From positions 1 to 26,569 of the forward strand of contig CAZPZP010000001.1 in the NCBI GenBank assembly GCA_964591025.1: a stretch of DNA of 26,569 bases, in the 5' to 3' direction. The notes beneath the pieces are model-generated. The model saw only the letters and a list, made by a program, of their open reading frames with translations, searched no databases and was not told the origin of the DNA. The number at the start of each line of letters is the position of its first letter. The stretch's first letter is position 1. Positions 25,278 to 26,569 of the stretch are shown here, one piece after another. The position numbers were made by a program, and so were the translations under genes. The DNA is from an uncultured Chthonomonadaceae bacterium. Its GTDB lineage: Bacteria; Armatimonadota; Chthonomonadetes; Chthonomonadales; Chthonomonadaceae.

Positions 25278-26294
25278 ATGTTCCATCGGATAAAAATCGT
25301 TCTGCGAATCATTTTGCTATTGGTAATCTGCGCGATATACCCTATATCGTATAGTCAAACCAATGCCAACGCACAAACTTCTAAGCGTAAGCAGGTTCGC
25401 ACACTGAAACAGAATGATCGCGGAGTCGATATTGGAATTGTCAAAGTTGCAACCTCTTTATTTTCTGAACCGAGTGGAAATTCCACCAAAATCGGCACAT
25501 TTCGTAAAGGCAACTTGGCAGTATTGGTCTCAAGGCAAAAATCAAACGGCTGGCTCAATGTTGTTCAATTTATGTCTGGACATCAGGGTTGGGTCAAAGC
25601 AGAGAAACTCATACTGCGTTATACAAACCGTCGCCTGAAAGGGAAGGACTTTATCGGTGAAGCGTCAGGAACCTCTGAACCACCTAAAATAAAAGTGATC
25701 AACGCCTCTAACAAAATTTTGTATCTGCACATCAATGCAATGCCCGAAATTTCTGTTGCACCCAATTCGACGAAAACTATCACACTTCCTGCGGGACTTT
25801 ATACATACAATGGTGCTTCACCAAATGTCTACCCGGTTTTCGGGTCAATGTATTTTATTTCTGGATTTATATATACTTGGACGTTTACAATTGATTTGCC
25901 GGGTCGGAGCAAAAAGCGGAATATGATCAATCCAGCACTGATAGCGGAAAGCAAGCAGTTGCAAGAGGATATTAATAAGCACACACAAGAACTTAGCATC
26001 GTAAAACAGCAAATTGACGACTCGACAACTCAATTAGAGCAGCGGCGGAGAGATTGGAAAATAGACTCGGATACAATAGAGTTGAAACGGCAGACTCTTG
26101 ATCGCTCTGATGAAAGTGTCATTGCTGGATTTAACCAGTTCGTGGATACAACAAACAATAAATTGATCATCATCAAAGAGAAAGCGCAACAATTGGAGGA
26201 ATTAATTGCGGCATACAATTCTAACCTTAACTTCTTAAACGAACAAAGACGCCGACTTGAAAAGATTGCTAATACGATCAATATCCAAAGGTAG
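25278..26294 (+). CDS. Secreted protein: signal peptide, SH3b-like domain, beta-sandwich domain, C-terminal coiled coil
   Basis: Hydrophobic N-terminus; SLFSEPSGNSTKIG.F.KG....V.....GWLNV......GWV (bacterial SH3 pattern); heptad-rich tail. Sampled lines are 21-22 GC per 60 nt versus 28-33 in sampled core-gene lines. Confidence 0.7.
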   Translation: MFHRIKIVLRIILLLVICAIYPISYSQTNANAQTSKRKQVRTLKQNDRGVDIGIVKVATSLFSEPSGNSTKIGTFRKGNLAVLVSRQKSNGWLNVVQFMSGHQGWVKAEKLILRYTNRRLKGKDFIGEASGTSEPPKIKVINASNKILYLHINAMPEISVAPNSTKTITLPAGLYTYNGASPNVYPVFGSMYFISGFIYTWTFTIDLPGRSKKRNMINPALIAESKQLQEDINKHTQELSIVKQQIDDSTTQLEQRRRDWKIDSDTIELKRQTLDRSDESVIAGFNQFVDTTNNKLIIIKEKAQQLEELIAAYNSNLNFLNEQRRRLEKIANTINIQR

Positions 26295-26454
26295 TACGAG
26301 GCATTGCCTGTAATTATTCCATTTTACTTCTAATAGTCAGTTCGCGTGATTTTTAGCAAATCTACTCAGGCAAAATCCTGCCATTTGAGACAGAAGCCTT
26401 GAGAACACAAATACTAATCTTTAGGCGAACTGACTACTAATTGCAGCGCATTTC

Positions 26455-26509
26455 GAGTGCGAAGCACGGTACGGCGGAACGCCCCAAGCAGAGAAATTCA
26501 TTTCGCTGT
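26455..26509 (-). repeat. REP-like repeat copy C (right arm of 55-bp inverted pair)
   Basis: Reverse complement ACAGCGAAATGAATTTCTCTGCTTGGGGCGTTCCGCCGTACCGTGCTTCGCACTC. Confidence 0.9.
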
Positions 26510-26569
26510 GGTTCGCATTCCACCCGCCGCACTTGCGCCAATATACCGAGTATGCCGCCGCATAATGGG

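Noticed and set aside
26295-26509. Integron attC site after the SH3 gene
   Set aside because: No clear RYYYAAC…GTTRRRY box pair and no integrase in the window.
25126-26511. Classical IS or transposon call with target-site duplication
   Set aside because: No transposase; the only flanking duplication is GG (2 bp), which is not significant.

Overview
Bacterial chromosomal window, probably from an Armatimonadota-like organism (inferred from the DUF1559-type prepilin proteins and a PSD1/planctomycete-cytochrome protein). The core is a minus-strand run ruvX-mltG-yqeG-aroE followed by a type IV pilus cluster (pilB ... pilT-pilC-pilD-two pilin-like genes) and holA. About 3.4 kb of accessory DNA separates pilB from pilT. 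It carries (i) a 115-aa protein whose ParB/Srx-like motifs appear in reversed, circularly permuted order, plus an overlapping small partner gene (candidate orphan toxin-immunity pair), (ii) an intact second PilB in which essentially every ATPase catalytic motif is substituted while the Zn site is kept, (iii) a YdeI/OmpD-associated gene and (iv) a Uma2 nuclease. Also present: two PIN/VapC toxin-antitoxin pairs (one truncated), galT, a thioesterase, an esterase, a probable 6S RNA and a switch-like structured leader ahead of pilB. Several dispersed repeat families occur, including a REP-like element whose two near-identical 55-bp copies bracket an AT-richer SH3-domain gene in inverted orientation. 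No rRNA, tRNA, CRISPR array or transposase was seen. All calls come from motif reading by eye; no searches were run.
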